Shown: positions 9,075-18,753 of the stretch, piece by piece
Numbering within the stretch: the first letter of the stretch is position 1
Layout of the letters: every line of letters begins with the position of its first letter
Origin: a virus
Reading direction: 5' to 3' (one strand)
IMG/VR virus record: IMGVR_UViG_3300044673_000097
Span: 21,380 to 85,379 of that record
Length of the DNA stretch: 64,000 nt
The notes under the pieces: generated by a model
What the model was told of the DNA's origin: nothing
Seen by the model: the letters and a program-made list of their open reading frames with translations, nothing else
Databases searched by the model: none
Program-made: the position numbers and the translations under genes

Positions 9075-10600
9075 GTGAACGCCGCCGATGCGTAGACGGA
9101 ATCAAGCCACGGCTGATGGCCAGCGAGTTGGTGATTCGAGTAGACCGAGCGCGCCCCGTCTTGAAGCGTGCACGGCCTGCCGATCACGGTGTTCGATGGC
9201 ACTTCGACGCTCGCTGTGGATCGCGCCGTCGACTTGAAGATCTGATTCTTCGTCGACCCTCCGTAGAATCCGCCGAACAGATACACCCAGCCATCGGGCG
9301 CCATCCATTGGACGGATCCATATTCCCCACTCGGGTGCGTCGTCGTCGAGACGACTTGCATGATCCAGGGCGTCGAGACGTTCGCCGCCCACATGGTCTG
9401 GATCGCATTGCCGCCGAACAGCCAAACTTTCCCGTCGGCGACGAACACGGATGCGCCGAACGTGGCTGTTAGTAGGCCGATTCCCGCCATGGCGTACACG
9501 GTCGCAGGGTCCGACACGTTTGCGATCCAGATCGACGATTGCGCCGCTCCATTCGTCCCGCCGTAGAACATGATCCAATTACCCACGACGGCGTAACCCG
9601 GCAAACCCAGGGCGACGGGGATCGTTTTCGTCGTGTCGGACCACGAAAGCGGGTTGCTGACAGGGGCCGACCAAATGGTCGTGCGATAGGTGTTGGAATT
9701 GTCCGCGCCGCCGTAGATGTATACGTAGGAACCGACGACGATCACCACGTGCGTGCGCCTTGCGGCGGGAATTGTCGCGCCCGTGTCGGTCCAGGACGAC
9801 GGGTCGGAAACGGGGGCCCGTTGAATCTTGTTGTGGGTCACGCCCTGATCGTCAAGGCCCCCGAAAATGTATAGGTAGTCGCCTATCCGCACGACGGGCG
9901 ACCATGCGTTCCCCCACGCCAGCCATTTGTTTGCCACCTGGGCCCAGCCCGACGTTGGCGTGCCGACGCTTGTGCGCCATATCGTAACCGTGCCGTTCGA
10001 TCCCGCGCCGAGGCCGCCGAAGATCCACAGGTAGGTCCCGTCATTCCAAAACCCCGCGGCCCTGTTCGCCGTGGGGAGCGGATTCGACACGCCAGAATCG
10101 AGGAATTTGGTCAGGTCGTGGAAGTATTTCGTCTCGACCGTGACCCCGCCCACGTTCAGATTGTCGAGCGTGTCGAGCGCCTTCTGCACCGTGTCGTCGG
10201 CCGCGCTCAGGTTGCCGTTGAACGATGCCGTCGAGGTTGACGTACCGCTCGCCGTCGGGGCGCCGGGGATCGCGATGTTGTCGATCGTGTCCAGGGCCTT
10301 CTGGACGGTATCGTCTGCGGCCGAAAGGTTGCCCGCGAATCCCGTCGTGGTGACGCTGATGTCCGACGCTGAACTGCCACCGGGAGCTGTGCCCGTGCCA
10401 CCAACCCGACGCCAATGCGGACCGCGTGTGCCGATGGTGCCACCAGGGACGATGATCGTCGTGCCGTCGTCTACCGCGCTCGAATCGCTCCAGACGAACG
10501 TCCCGCCGCCGCCATCGGCCGATGCCGTGTCGCCGTCTGCGACGATGACGGTGCCGGCGAATGAAATCCGGCTCGTCCGCAGGTCTGCGATCGTGGTCAT
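9071..10600 (-). CDS. Virion protein with duplicated fibre-type motif and Kelch beta-propeller
   Basis: Duplicated GNLSAADDTVQKALDT(I/L)DN; about six Kelch blades (LWIFGG, LYIFGG, VYIYGG, IMFYGG, VWLFGG, VYLFGG). Confidence 0.75.
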   Translation of the reverse strand: MTTIADLRTSRISFAGTVIVADGDTASADGGGGTFVWSDSSAVDDGTTIIVPGGTIGTRGPHWRRVGGTGTAPGGSSASDISVTTTGFAGNLSAADDTVQKALDTIDNIAIPGAPTASGTSTSTASFNGNLSAADDTVQKALDTLDNLNVGGVTVETKYFHDLTKFLDSGVSNPLPTANRAAGFWNDGTYLWIFGGLGAGSNGTVTIWRTSVGTPTSGWAQVANKWLAWGNAWSPVVRIGDYLYIFGGLDDQGVTHNKIQRAPVSDPSSWTDTGATIPAARRTHVVIVVGSYVYIYGGADNSNTYRTTIWSAPVSNPLSWSDTTKTIPVALGLPGYAVVGNWIMFYGGTNGAAQSSIWIANVSDPATVYAMAGIGLLTATFGASVFVADGKVWLFGGNAIQTMWAANVSTPWIMQVVSTTTHPSGEYGSVQWMAPDGWVYLFGGFYGGSTKNQIFKSTARSTASVEVPSNTVIGRPCTLQDGARSVYSNHQLAGHQPWLDSVYASAAFT

Positions 10601-10609
10601 GACGTTGGG

Positions 10610-11257
10610 TCAGACGAACAGGTTGGGAGCTGCGAGACACGCCACGCCGACCATGGGCTTCGAAGCGGCCATGTGCAGCTTGTGCACGCCCACCTCGTCG
10701 ACCATCTGTGCGGCGATGTTCTGGATCTTCGTGGTGCTCGAATTCGTCACCGGCTTGTCGCCGGCGTTGTGCGTGATGCCGTTCTTCGCGCTCCACTCGA
10801 CGGCCGGGCCGCTTGGGATGACGAACTTGAGGCTTCCGCCATCCTTGCCCGACAGCACGAGCACCATGTCTTGGCCGTTGTCGGTCGGCACGCGGAAGAC
10901 GATCGATCCGTCGGCGCCGAGCTTGATCATGTTGCCGGGGAGCGCGAACAATGCCACGTCACCCTCTGCCAGTTGCCCGAACACGCGAGCCGCCACCATG
11001 ACGCGGGAGGCAATCGCAAAGGTGTTCTCTCCCCAGCGCAGGAGCACCGCCTGAGCACCCTTGGGCAGACGCGAGACGAAGCCGTACTGCTGCCAGCAAT
11101 CGACGGGTTCCGATTCATCGGTGGGCGATTGGTCGGCCCACTGATCGTCAGGGTGCTTGTCGGGCGTTGAGAAGAACGCGCTGATGACGTTCTTCGCGTC
11201 GCCAAGCAGCTCCGTGCGCTTGACCGTTGCGATGTCGATGAGGGCTTCGAGTCTCAT
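10610..11257 (-). CDS. Baseplate central spike (Mu gp45/GpV-like)
   Basis: WQQYGFVSRLPKGAQAV and LAEGDVALF motifs; ATG at 11257 overlaps the hub stop codon. Confidence 0.8.
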   Translation of the reverse strand: MRLEALIDIATVKRTELLGDAKNVISAFFSTPDKHPDDQWADQSPTDESEPVDCWQQYGFVSRLPKGAQAVLLRWGENTFAIASRVMVAARVFGQLAEGDVALFALPGNMIKLGADGSIVFRVPTDNGQDMVLVLSGKDGGSLKFVIPSGPAVEWSAKNGITHNAGDKPVTNSSTTKIQNIAAQMVDEVGVHKLHMAASKPMVGVACLAAPNLFV

Positions 11258-12375
11258 GCTGCGTGGTCGGCATCGGAGAACCGTACCGATCCTTTCGGGA
11301 CCAACTTGAGGTCCGTTGTCGTCCCGCCGCTCGCACTGCGCTTGAACGTGCGCTCGCGGACCCACATGTCCTCGTGCACGTCGAGGATGTCGTCGTCCAC
11401 GTGGACGATGGTGTCGACGGCGTACACGGCGCCCGTGTCTTCGTCGGTGTGCCCGCGCAGGGTGCACTCATAGACGCGGGCGTCCTTGAGCGCTTCGGAC
11501 ATCTCCTGCTCGGCGAAGTCCTGGCACTCAGCGTCCGTCGTCGCCTGCTCATGCAGCACGTAGCGGGGCACGTAGAACGGCGAGCGCGTGGGGTCGTTGA
11601 CGAAGCCTTCGCACGTGGCCTTGTCGAATACCTTGGAGCCGCCCTTGCCGCGCACCATGACGCACGTGGGCGCCTGCAATGCGCTCTCGACCAGCGAGGC
11701 GTGCAGCACCTTGACGCGCTGCAACCCTTCACGGTGCACAATCGAGGCGCACGGGCCTTGGTCGTAGTCGGGCGACGAGACGATGATGTTGCCCTCGGCG
11801 TCGCTCCACATCCACAAGCCGAAGCGCCGCAGGTTGCGCGCGAGGAACTCGAATGCTCCCTCGTTCGGCTTGGCCTTGCAGTAGTCGAGCTCGGTCTGCG
11901 TCTTGCGGGCCTTCTTGCCCTTCTTGAATCCCTTGACGCCCGTGAGGATCTCGCGGTTCGAGTCGTTGTCCGTGATGATCTTTCGACCCATCGACGGATA
12001 CAGCGAGAAGATGGTGGACTCGACGACCTCGTAGATCTTCTTGCCCTTGAGCCTGAAGTCGGGGTGGATGTTCGCGTCGCACAGAATCTTGAGCACGTCG
12101 CGACCCTGCACCTGGACCGTCAATCCTTCGGTGCCGCCAGCCGATACCTGCACGGTGTCGATGAAGCCAGTGAGCTGCAAGCAACCGTCGACAGCGATCT
12201 CGATCTTCTTGTCCTTGCGGACCTGGCTCTTGACCTTCTTCCACTCTGCCTGCGTCGTGAACGACAGCGACCACCCATCGGTGGGCGTGAGGAACTCGCT
12301 GTTGATGGTGTAGTCGCGCCACCTCGACAGGACGGTGCCGTCCTCGAGCGTGAGGGTGACGAGCGAATCCTCCAT
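11254..12375 (-). CDS. Baseplate hub protein (Mu gp44-like)
   Basis: W..Y.I.SEFLTPTDGWSL, LTGFIDTV, VQGRD..LCD and GLWMWSDAEGNIIV motifs. Confidence 0.85.
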   Translation of the reverse strand: MEDSLVTLTLEDGTVLSRWRDYTINSEFLTPTDGWSLSFTTQAEWKKVKSQVRKDKKIEIAVDGCLQLTGFIDTVQVSAGGTEGLTVQVQGRDVLKILCDANIHPDFRLKGKKIYEVVESTIFSLYPSMGRKIITDNDSNREILTGVKGFKKGKKARKTQTELDYCKAKPNEGAFEFLARNLRRFGLWMWSDAEGNIIVSSPDYDQGPCASIVHREGLQRVKVLHASLVESALQAPTCVMVRGKGGSKVFDKATCEGFVNDPTRSPFYVPRYVLHEQATTDAECQDFAEQEMSEALKDARVYECTLRGHTDEDTGAVYAVDTIVHVDDDILDVHEDMWVRERTFKRSASGGTTTDLKLVPKGSVRFSDADHAA

Positions 12376-12387
12376 CGTTGATGTTTC

Positions 12388-13296
12388 TCAGGCGTCGGAA
12401 TAGACGAAGATGTCGGTGCCGGGAGGGATTGGATCGCGAGCGGCCATCGCGGGATTGAGCTTGAAGAAGTCCTCGGGAGTCTGGCCGTACCGAGCGGCGA
12501 CGAGCATGGCCCCGCCCTCGGCTGTGGTCGTGCGGATCTCGATCTTCTTTCGCCCGATCTGTGCGCCGAGCGATTCGGCAGCCTGCGTGAGCGCGGACAC
12601 GATCTCGTTGAGCGTGTCGACGACGGCCCACGACTTCGGGTCTGCCACCTCGGACACCTGATCGATCATGCCATTGACGCCCACGATAACGTTGTCGACC
12701 TGCGCCGCGAGGTCGGCCATGGTGAGTTGCAGTAGCAGCATGGCGCCCTGAATCTTCTTGAGCGCGCCGAGCAGGTCCGTCCCGCTGCCGTCGTTGTACT
12801 CGGGAACTGGCGAGATGGTGCCCTTGATCTGGTCGAACTTCTCGCCCATCGAGACGGCGTGCGTGATGGGAGACGACGCGGCAAGCTCGATCGAGATGCC
12901 CTTCTCGATCGTCTCGGACCACGTCACGTCGAGGTCGCAGCCGTCACGCCACGTCGGGTCGTAGTGGACATTGGCCGACTCGACCTTGCAGTCGATCAGC
13001 CCGAACTCCGGGTGAATCAGCGGGCCCGTGGTGCGGTCGGTGCAGGCGTTCCAGAAGTCGCGGAAGACGTACGGGTAGAGAATCTCGCTCCACGCCAGCC
13101 CGTTGCGGAACATGACGCGGAATTGGAACTTGACCGACTTGCGGCACGTGTTCTCGATCTCGCCACCGGACACGCCGTATTGATTGTGCTCGACGGTGCT
13201 GTGTTGCAATGCCGCCGAATTGGCAAGGCACGGGACCTTGATGCCGCGCCACGTGAGCGGAAGCAGGCGTTCGAGGATGTCGAGGGTGACGGGCAT
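12388..13296 (-). CDS. Mu gp43 'DNA circularisation'-like tail protein with C-terminal LysM-like domain
   Basis: TWRGIKVP, GPLIHPEFG motifs; C-terminal VAARYG..FFKLNP..PGT. Confidence 0.75.
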   Translation of the reverse strand: MPVTLDILERLLPLTWRGIKVPCLANSAALQHSTVEHNQYGVSGGEIENTCRKSVKFQFRVMFRNGLAWSEILYPYVFRDFWNACTDRTTGPLIHPEFGLIDCKVESANVHYDPTWRDGCDLDVTWSETIEKGISIELAASSPITHAVSMGEKFDQIKGTISPVPEYNDGSGTDLLGALKKIQGAMLLLQLTMADLAAQVDNVIVGVNGMIDQVSEVADPKSWAVVDTLNEIVSALTQAAESLGAQIGRKKIEIRTTTAEGGAMLVAARYGQTPEDFFKLNPAMAARDPIPPGTDIFVYSDA

Positions 13297-13299
13297 GGA

Positions 13300-15573
13300 T
13301 CACATTCCTGGAGGCTTGCCGGAACGCGACGGGTCGTTGGGGTTGGAGACGTTTCCGCCCTTGACCTTCTCGAGCTCCGCGCTGGCATTCTTCGCTTGTG
13401 CCGCCAACGTCTCCATGGCCTTGATGGTCTCGTTCAGCCGCTCGCTCGAGCCGGCGGAACCTTCCTCGCGAGAACCCTGCTTGAACTTGTTGTAGGCGTA
13501 CTCGGCGCCCATCGCCGCGCCGGGAACGATGTTGACGCCGGGGATTGCGAGCAGGGGCGCCAGAAACTTCGTGTACTTGTTGGTGCTCTTGTCGTCGGCG
13601 GCTGCCTTTTCGGCCCGAAGCTGCGGAAGCAATGCGGCGGCGGCCGCAGCCTTCTCCGGCGTCGCAGGCCCCTGCATCAGGTTCTCGGCCTTCGTCACGT
13701 CAGCGTACTGCTTCCTGCCCTCGTCCTTCGCTGACTTGTCGACGGCATCGATCACCTGCGTGCCGGTGAGGTACACCGCAGTTGCCGTGATTGCGATCGT
13801 GGACAGCGCGGCGAGATTTCCGCCCGCCTGAATGCTCTTTCCAGCAAGGATGTTCTGGAGACCGATCTCCATCACCTTGCCGATTCCGGCACCCGCGAGT
13901 TCCTTCGTCAGGTGAGCGGCGAATACACCTCCGAGCGCGGCGAACGGATTCTTGCTGGCCCACACCGCAAGCTGTGCGAGCGATTGCGTGAGCTGCACCA
14001 CCTTCGGAATGAGCGCGGTGAATGCCGGAAGCGCCTCGCCCATCTTCGCCTTGAACTGCTCGAAGTTGACGCGAATCTGCGCGGCATCCCCGCCAAGGAC
14101 CGTCTTCAATCCAGCGTCGCGCTCACCGTCGGCCAACTTCGCGCCACTCGCCGCGTTGATTCGGTCGAGCACGCCTTGCTTGCCGCCCTTGTTGTAGTCG
14201 GCCATCAGCGACGCGACGACTTGCTGGCTCGTTCCGGTGAACACCTTGTTGAGCGCCTCGGCGCCCTTCAGATGCCCAGCGCCCTTCACGTCGAGGCCCT
14301 TCGTCATCGCGATGTCCATCGTCTGCGCGAGGACTTCGGCCGGGTCGTTGACGAGGTTGTTCTTGCCGTAGACGTTGACGCCCGCCTTCTTCAGGGCGCC
14401 CGCGTGCGTGTTGATGTCCCGAATCAGGTCGATCGTCGCTGTGCGGGATTGCTCCGGGCTCACGGCTGCATCGGCCGCGACTTGCGCGATCCCGACCTGC
14501 CGTCGAAGCATCTGCCCCTTGCTCAGCTCCGTCATCTTGCCGGCGCCACCAAGCCGGGCGAGCTCTGTGGCGAGGTCGGAGATTTCGATCGCGCCGTCCT
14601 TGCCCATGGCGGCGATGTCCTGGATGAGTTGCCTCATCTCCTCGCCGGGCTGGACGCCCGCTTTGAGCGCGGCCGCAACGACGCCGCCCATGTCTTCCAT
14701 CGAGACGCCGAACGCTACGGCCGTCTTGGTGATGTCGTCGAGGTCCTTGCGGAATGCCGTCAGACCTTCGGCGCCACCTGCCCGGGCAGCGACGGTGCTC
14801 ATGGCCTTCATCACGTCGGGAGCGGCCACGCCGTACTTGCCGGCGATGTTCTGCGACTCGCCTACGAGCCCGCCGACGCTCTGGGTCGCGTTGCCTCCCT
14901 TGTCCCGAGTCGAGTTGACCAGCAAGGCCCCCTGCTCGCGCAGAGACACGTTTTCCCACAGGGCTTGGCCGATTGCCATGCCGCCGCCTGTCAGGCCCGC
15001 AGCGCCCGCAATCCCGGTCACGTCGCCCCACGCAGCTCGACCAGCACGACCTACCGGCTGCATCATGCCCCGAGCGGTTCGCTTGTGCTCCGCCTGAACC
15101 TGCTTGGCAATCCTCGCCGACTCCCGCGCGGCTTGCGCATCGGCCCGAATCTTCGCACGAGCGACGCGGAAGATCTCTTTCTCCTCGTCGTCCGCAGCCT
15201 TCTTCGCAGCCTTGGCAATCGCTTCCCCGGCCTTCGTCGCAGCCTTGGCACGCGCATCGAAGTCCTTGAGGGCTGCCTGATTGGCCTTCTTGCTCGCCGC
15301 AATCTGCGCGTCGGCCGCCTTCTTCGCGTCGCGTTCCTGAGCCTTCGCCAATGCCGCGGTCGCACGTTCGGCGGCTCGAGCGGCTTGCTCCTGAGCCTTG
15401 GCGATATCCTTGGACGCCTTCTGCTCGGCCGACACCCGGCGAGCCGTGCCGCGCACGGTGTCGTTGGCGACCTGCTGGTTCATCTTCGCCGCACGTGCCG
15501 CGATCGAATCGAAGGCGGCAGAGACCTCGCGGTCACCTTGCACGCTGAATTGGATGCGGATGGGCGCGGGCAT
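13300..15573 (-). CDS. Tail tape measure protein
   Basis: 757 aa Ala/Lys-rich helical protein with MGKDGAIEISDLA motif; located after sheath, tube and chaperone. Confidence 0.85.
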   Translation of the reverse strand: MPAPIRIQFSVQGDREVSAAFDSIAARAAKMNQQVANDTVRGTARRVSAEQKASKDIAKAQEQAARAAERATAALAKAQERDAKKAADAQIAASKKANQAALKDFDARAKAATKAGEAIAKAAKKAADDEEKEIFRVARAKIRADAQAARESARIAKQVQAEHKRTARGMMQPVGRAGRAAWGDVTGIAGAAGLTGGGMAIGQALWENVSLREQGALLVNSTRDKGGNATQSVGGLVGESQNIAGKYGVAAPDVMKAMSTVAARAGGAEGLTAFRKDLDDITKTAVAFGVSMEDMGGVVAAALKAGVQPGEEMRQLIQDIAAMGKDGAIEISDLATELARLGGAGKMTELSKGQMLRRQVGIAQVAADAAVSPEQSRTATIDLIRDINTHAGALKKAGVNVYGKNNLVNDPAEVLAQTMDIAMTKGLDVKGAGHLKGAEALNKVFTGTSQQVVASLMADYNKGGKQGVLDRINAASGAKLADGERDAGLKTVLGGDAAQIRVNFEQFKAKMGEALPAFTALIPKVVQLTQSLAQLAVWASKNPFAALGGVFAAHLTKELAGAGIGKVMEIGLQNILAGKSIQAGGNLAALSTIAITATAVYLTGTQVIDAVDKSAKDEGRKQYADVTKAENLMQGPATPEKAAAAAALLPQLRAEKAAADDKSTNKYTKFLAPLLAIPGVNIVPGAAMGAEYAYNKFKQGSREEGSAGSSERLNETIKAMETLAAQAKNASAELEKVKGGNVSNPNDPSRSGKPPGM

Positions 15574-15576
15574 TGA

Positions 15577-16284
15577 TTACGCCTCAGAGTGAGCTTCCGG
15601 GCTGCTCTCCGGTCTGTCGCTCGTAGTATCGTCGGAGGGCAATCCAGACGAGCCAATGGCGGTCTTCGAGGCTCCAAGCCGGTACGCCATAGAAGTCGCC
15701 AATTGAACGAGCTGACCCTGCCCCAATCCAACGAAAGGGTAGTAGCCGGCCCCCGCGGTCAGCTTCTCAATCCAGGAATCCACTTCCTCTTCGGTGAGCA
15801 GGCGCCACATGGGGCCGAGCCGGAATTGCACCGACTGGTAGGCGTCGAACAGCCCGGCCAGTTCATCGGTCGTGAGCAGCCGGCGGAGTTGCGAGGGGGC
15901 GTCCCAGATGTGCTTGGAAGCGTCGTCGCTCTGACGCATCGAAGCGAACAGCACCTCGACGATCAAGGCGTCCTTGAAGATCATCTCCCACGTCTCGGCG
16001 CGCACGCGATTGGCCTGCTCGTCGGAGATCTGGAGCTGCTCGCCCAGCTTGCCGCGCGTGTACTGGTCCGCATTGGCCCGCGCGATGTCGAGCTCGTCGA
16101 CGGTGAGCACGAGCATCCGATACGAGAACAGCGGATTGCCGTCGTCGTCGCGGCGCACGAACGGCAGCACCTCGGAGGGTCTCCGGGTATCGCCGAGCCT
16201 GCGGACCAGGTCGTTGGGCGCGATATCCTTGGGTGGGCCCTTCTGAGACCCGCGCGCAAGGGTAGCTTCGATGTCCAATGTCAC
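15577..16284 (-). CDS. Putative tail assembly chaperone
   Basis: Position between tube and tape measure genes; acidic and helical; GGAGG RBS. Confidence 0.6.
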   Translation of the reverse strand: MTLDIEATLARGSQKGPPKDIAPNDLVRRLGDTRRPSEVLPFVRRDDDGNPLFSYRMLVLTVDELDIARANADQYTRGKLGEQLQISDEQANRVRAETWEMIFKDALIVEVLFASMRQSDDASKHIWDAPSQLRRLLTTDELAGLFDAYQSVQFRLGPMWRLLTEEEVDSWIEKLTAGAGYYPFVGLGQGQLVQLATSMAYRLGASKTAIGSSGLPSDDTTSDRPESSPEAHSEA

Positions 16285-16304
16285 CTCCTATTGTCCCCGG
16301 CGAA

Positions 16305-16679
16305 TCAGGCGATCGTGTCGGGCTCGTTGCCCTGGAACGTGAAGTCCAGTTGCGCGGGCGTGCCCGTACCGTGCTTCTCGGCCACATCCATGATGAAGCC
16401 CTTGCTCGTCAGCTTCTTGCCCGAGCGGTGCAGGATCACCTCGACCTCGGTCAGGTTCTTGGCGAGCGCGTAGAAGTCGACCTCGATTCCAGCGCGCGGC
16501 ATGGCGTTCTGGACCTTGATCGAGAACGTGGGCGCACCGGGCGAGACGCCTGCAAACTTCTTCGCCTGCGTCTGGATGATGTGCGCGCCGTTGGCGTAGG
16601 ACGTGTCTTCGCTCTGCGCCTCGGCGAGCAGTTGCCCATCGAGGAACAGGAACGCGGCGGTGTACTTGGTAGCGGCCAT
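16305..16679 (-). CDS. Tail tube protein
   Basis: 124 aa beta-rich ORF directly after the sheath; ends LDFTFQG. Confidence 0.75.
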   Translation of the reverse strand: MAATKYTAAFLFLDGQLLAEAQSEDTSYANGAHIIQTQAKKFAGVSPGAPTFSIKVQNAMPRAGIEVDFYALAKNLTEVEVILHRSGKKLTSKGFIMDVAEKHGTGTPAQLDFTFQGNEPDTIA

Positions 16680-16798
16680 GGTCGAACTCTCCGAGTCGGC
16701 CAGCCGGCAATGGGCATTGACCCACTACCGGCGAGGCCGCGAGTGATTGGCGATCGGAAACTGTGAGGCGGGATTGAGGCGAACCGGCGGGCCTGGAA

Positions 16799-18337
16799 TC
16801 AGGCGGCCGAATTCTCGGTCACGAGCGCGGCGAACACGTGCGCGCACGGGGTGACGTGCAGCGGGCACGCGGCGTTGATCCGCGTCTTGTTCACCGGGTC
16901 GATTCCGGTGCGGCAGGCAACGATGTCGCCCGTGGTCTTGTTGCGCGTCTTGTCCGATTCCAGCCAGCCGTGATCGCTGTCGGAATAGAGCAAGTACAGC
17001 GGCGCAATCGTCAGACCCTTGAGCCTCGAAGGCGTTAGGGAATTGGGCGGGGGCACGTCGTTGTCGTTGACCGGGTCGTCTTGCAGCGACGCGTTCGCCC
17101 ACTGCGAGCCGTAGCGCACGGCGAGGTCATCGGCGAACTTGTCGGCCACGCTGACCTTGTTCGTGTCGCGCACGCGGATGTCGGTCGAGCAGGTGCACGA
17201 CTGCACCATGTACGTCTTGCCCGTCGCCGTCGTCGCAATCGGCGTCACGCCTCCCGCAATCGCCGTGGCGATCTCGGTCGAGGTTGGGTAGGACGCTTGG
17301 CTGTACTGCTTCGGCACGTTCCAGATGTCGTTGACGCCCTTGCCGTAGGAGTCGTAATTGCGCCACGGAGAGCCGCCCTTTTCGTAGTTGTACCGAACGG
17401 CGGCCTGATGCGCGGCGAGCTCGTGGGGCTCCCATTCGCTGGTCTTCTGCCACGCGAGCTGGAACCGCGGGTTGTTGCCCGGGCCGTTGCTCGCCTCTGC
17501 CGCGAGCGAGACGGCGTTGGCCGCCGAACCCGTGTGGCCGAAGATGACCTGCTGACGAATCCCGACAGAGGGAAGCGCCTGCCCGACCACCTGCGTCTTG
17601 AGCGCGCCGATGCGCACGTTGCTGGCGCCCGTGGGATTGACCACCGGCACGATGAAGTCGTACTTGTCCGCGAGGATGGTGGCGAGCGCCGTGGTCCACA
17701 CCTCGTCGGTCACGCCACCCGTGAGGGTCGCGGTGGCGCACGTCGCCGTGGTCGCCGGGGCGGTCATCGTCGAGATGCTGACCCGATGCCTGATGAGGTT
17801 GCCGTCGGTGCCCTTGTGCTTGGCCGTTACGGTCACGACGCCGAGCGCTGGCGATGCGGTGACGGGCCAATGGGTCTGAAGGTTGATCGCTGCCGCAAGG
17901 GCCGTGGCGAGGTCGGCAATCGCCGTCCCGCTCGCGAACGCGACGGTGATCGTCTCGCCGGCCAGCGTGTAGCTCACGGCGCCCGAGGCGGTCGTGTTGT
18001 TCACGAAGGTGACGGTATCGCTCGCTGCCGTCCCATTGGATTCGGTCGCGGCGATGGCGAAGACCTGCGCGCCCTTGCACACGTCGGCGAACCGGCGGAT
18101 CGAACGGTGCAGATTCGAGCCCGCGCCGAACAGCGAGATCGCGTCATCGACGGTGCCGATCGGGTAGACCTGCGAATCGACCGTCGCCGAACCAGCCGAT
18201 GTCTTCATGCCGATGAACAGCACGCGCGGCACGTTCGGATCGCCGAGCATCTCGCCCTTGGCGAACTGGACCTCGATGTAGGTCCCGGGAGTGGGATAGA
18301 GCGGCAAGCCGGTCAATGCCTGCTGAAGTGTCGACAT
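16799..18337 (-). CDS. Tail sheath protein (Mu gpL-like)
   Basis: PGTYIEV, LFGAGS.L, VTAKHKGTDGNLI, GVTP and HVFAA motifs. Confidence 0.9.
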   Translation of the reverse strand: MSTLQQALTGLPLYPTPGTYIEVQFAKGEMLGDPNVPRVLFIGMKTSAGSATVDSQVYPIGTVDDAISLFGAGSNLHRSIRRFADVCKGAQVFAIAATESNGTAASDTVTFVNNTTASGAVSYTLAGETITVAFASGTAIADLATALAAAINLQTHWPVTASPALGVVTVTAKHKGTDGNLIRHRVSISTMTAPATTATCATATLTGGVTDEVWTTALATILADKYDFIVPVVNPTGASNVRIGALKTQVVGQALPSVGIRQQVIFGHTGSAANAVSLAAEASNGPGNNPRFQLAWQKTSEWEPHELAAHQAAVRYNYEKGGSPWRNYDSYGKGVNDIWNVPKQYSQASYPTSTEIATAIAGGVTPIATTATGKTYMVQSCTCSTDIRVRDTNKVSVADKFADDLAVRYGSQWANASLQDDPVNDNDVPPPNSLTPSRLKGLTIAPLYLLYSDSDHGWLESDKTRNKTTGDIVACRTGIDPVNKTRINAACPLHVTPCAHVFAALVTENSAA

Positions 18338-18341
18338 GGCT

Positions 18342-18731
18342 TCACTCCGCCTTTCGCGGCTTGGGTGCCGCTACGGTCAAGGCAGGGTGCTCCCCGCCGA
18401 ATGTCGGATCGAACGGCACGCCGCACATGGCCGCCGTAGCCTGGTCAGCCGGCCACAATGCCCCGCCCTGGACCTCGTCGCGGTATTCGCGCCGGAAGGG
18501 AAGCTCCACGACAGCCTCGACCATCGGGAAGGCGTAGTGCGGGATCGGCTTCTCGCCGGGCTCCAGAAACAGGTTGTGCGCCTCGTGACGCGGGCAGCCG
18601 GCGGGCAGCTCGTCGAGCTTCCACGCGGCCACCGCCTTGCGTCCAACGTACTTGCGCTGACCCGTGGCCTGCGCGAATTCCAGATCGAGCACGAGGAGAC
18701 TTCCCCGCGCGAGCACTCGCATCGTTTCCAT
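18342..18731 (-). CDS. Hypothetical protein (pre-sheath)
   Basis: 129 aa ORF; Y..EV..G.LWPAD..TA motif; position typical of a small pre-sheath gene. Confidence 0.55.
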   Translation of the reverse strand: METMRVLARGSLLVLDLEFAQATGQRKYVGRKAVAAWKLDELPAGCPRHEAHNLFLEPGEKPIPHYAFPMVEAVVELPFRREYRDEVQGGALWPADQATAAMCGVPFDPTFGGEHPALTVAAPKPRKAE

Positions 18732-18753
18732 ATCGGGTCGCCCTCTGATGAGG

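Noticed and set aside
10156-10340. Direct repeat in the Kelch gene as a DGR template/variable repeat
   Set aside because: In-frame protein duplication; no reverse transcriptase in the window and no adenine-specific pattern evident
15573-16284. Programmed frameshift in the tail assembly chaperone
   Set aside because: No clear slippery heptamer or separate downstream frame; a single ORF fills the space
13912-18439. Long plus-strand ORFs (e.g. 13912-15576, 17081-18439) and similar shadow ORFs throughout
   Set aside because: Antisense shadows of real high-GC genes; Arg-rich and without motifs
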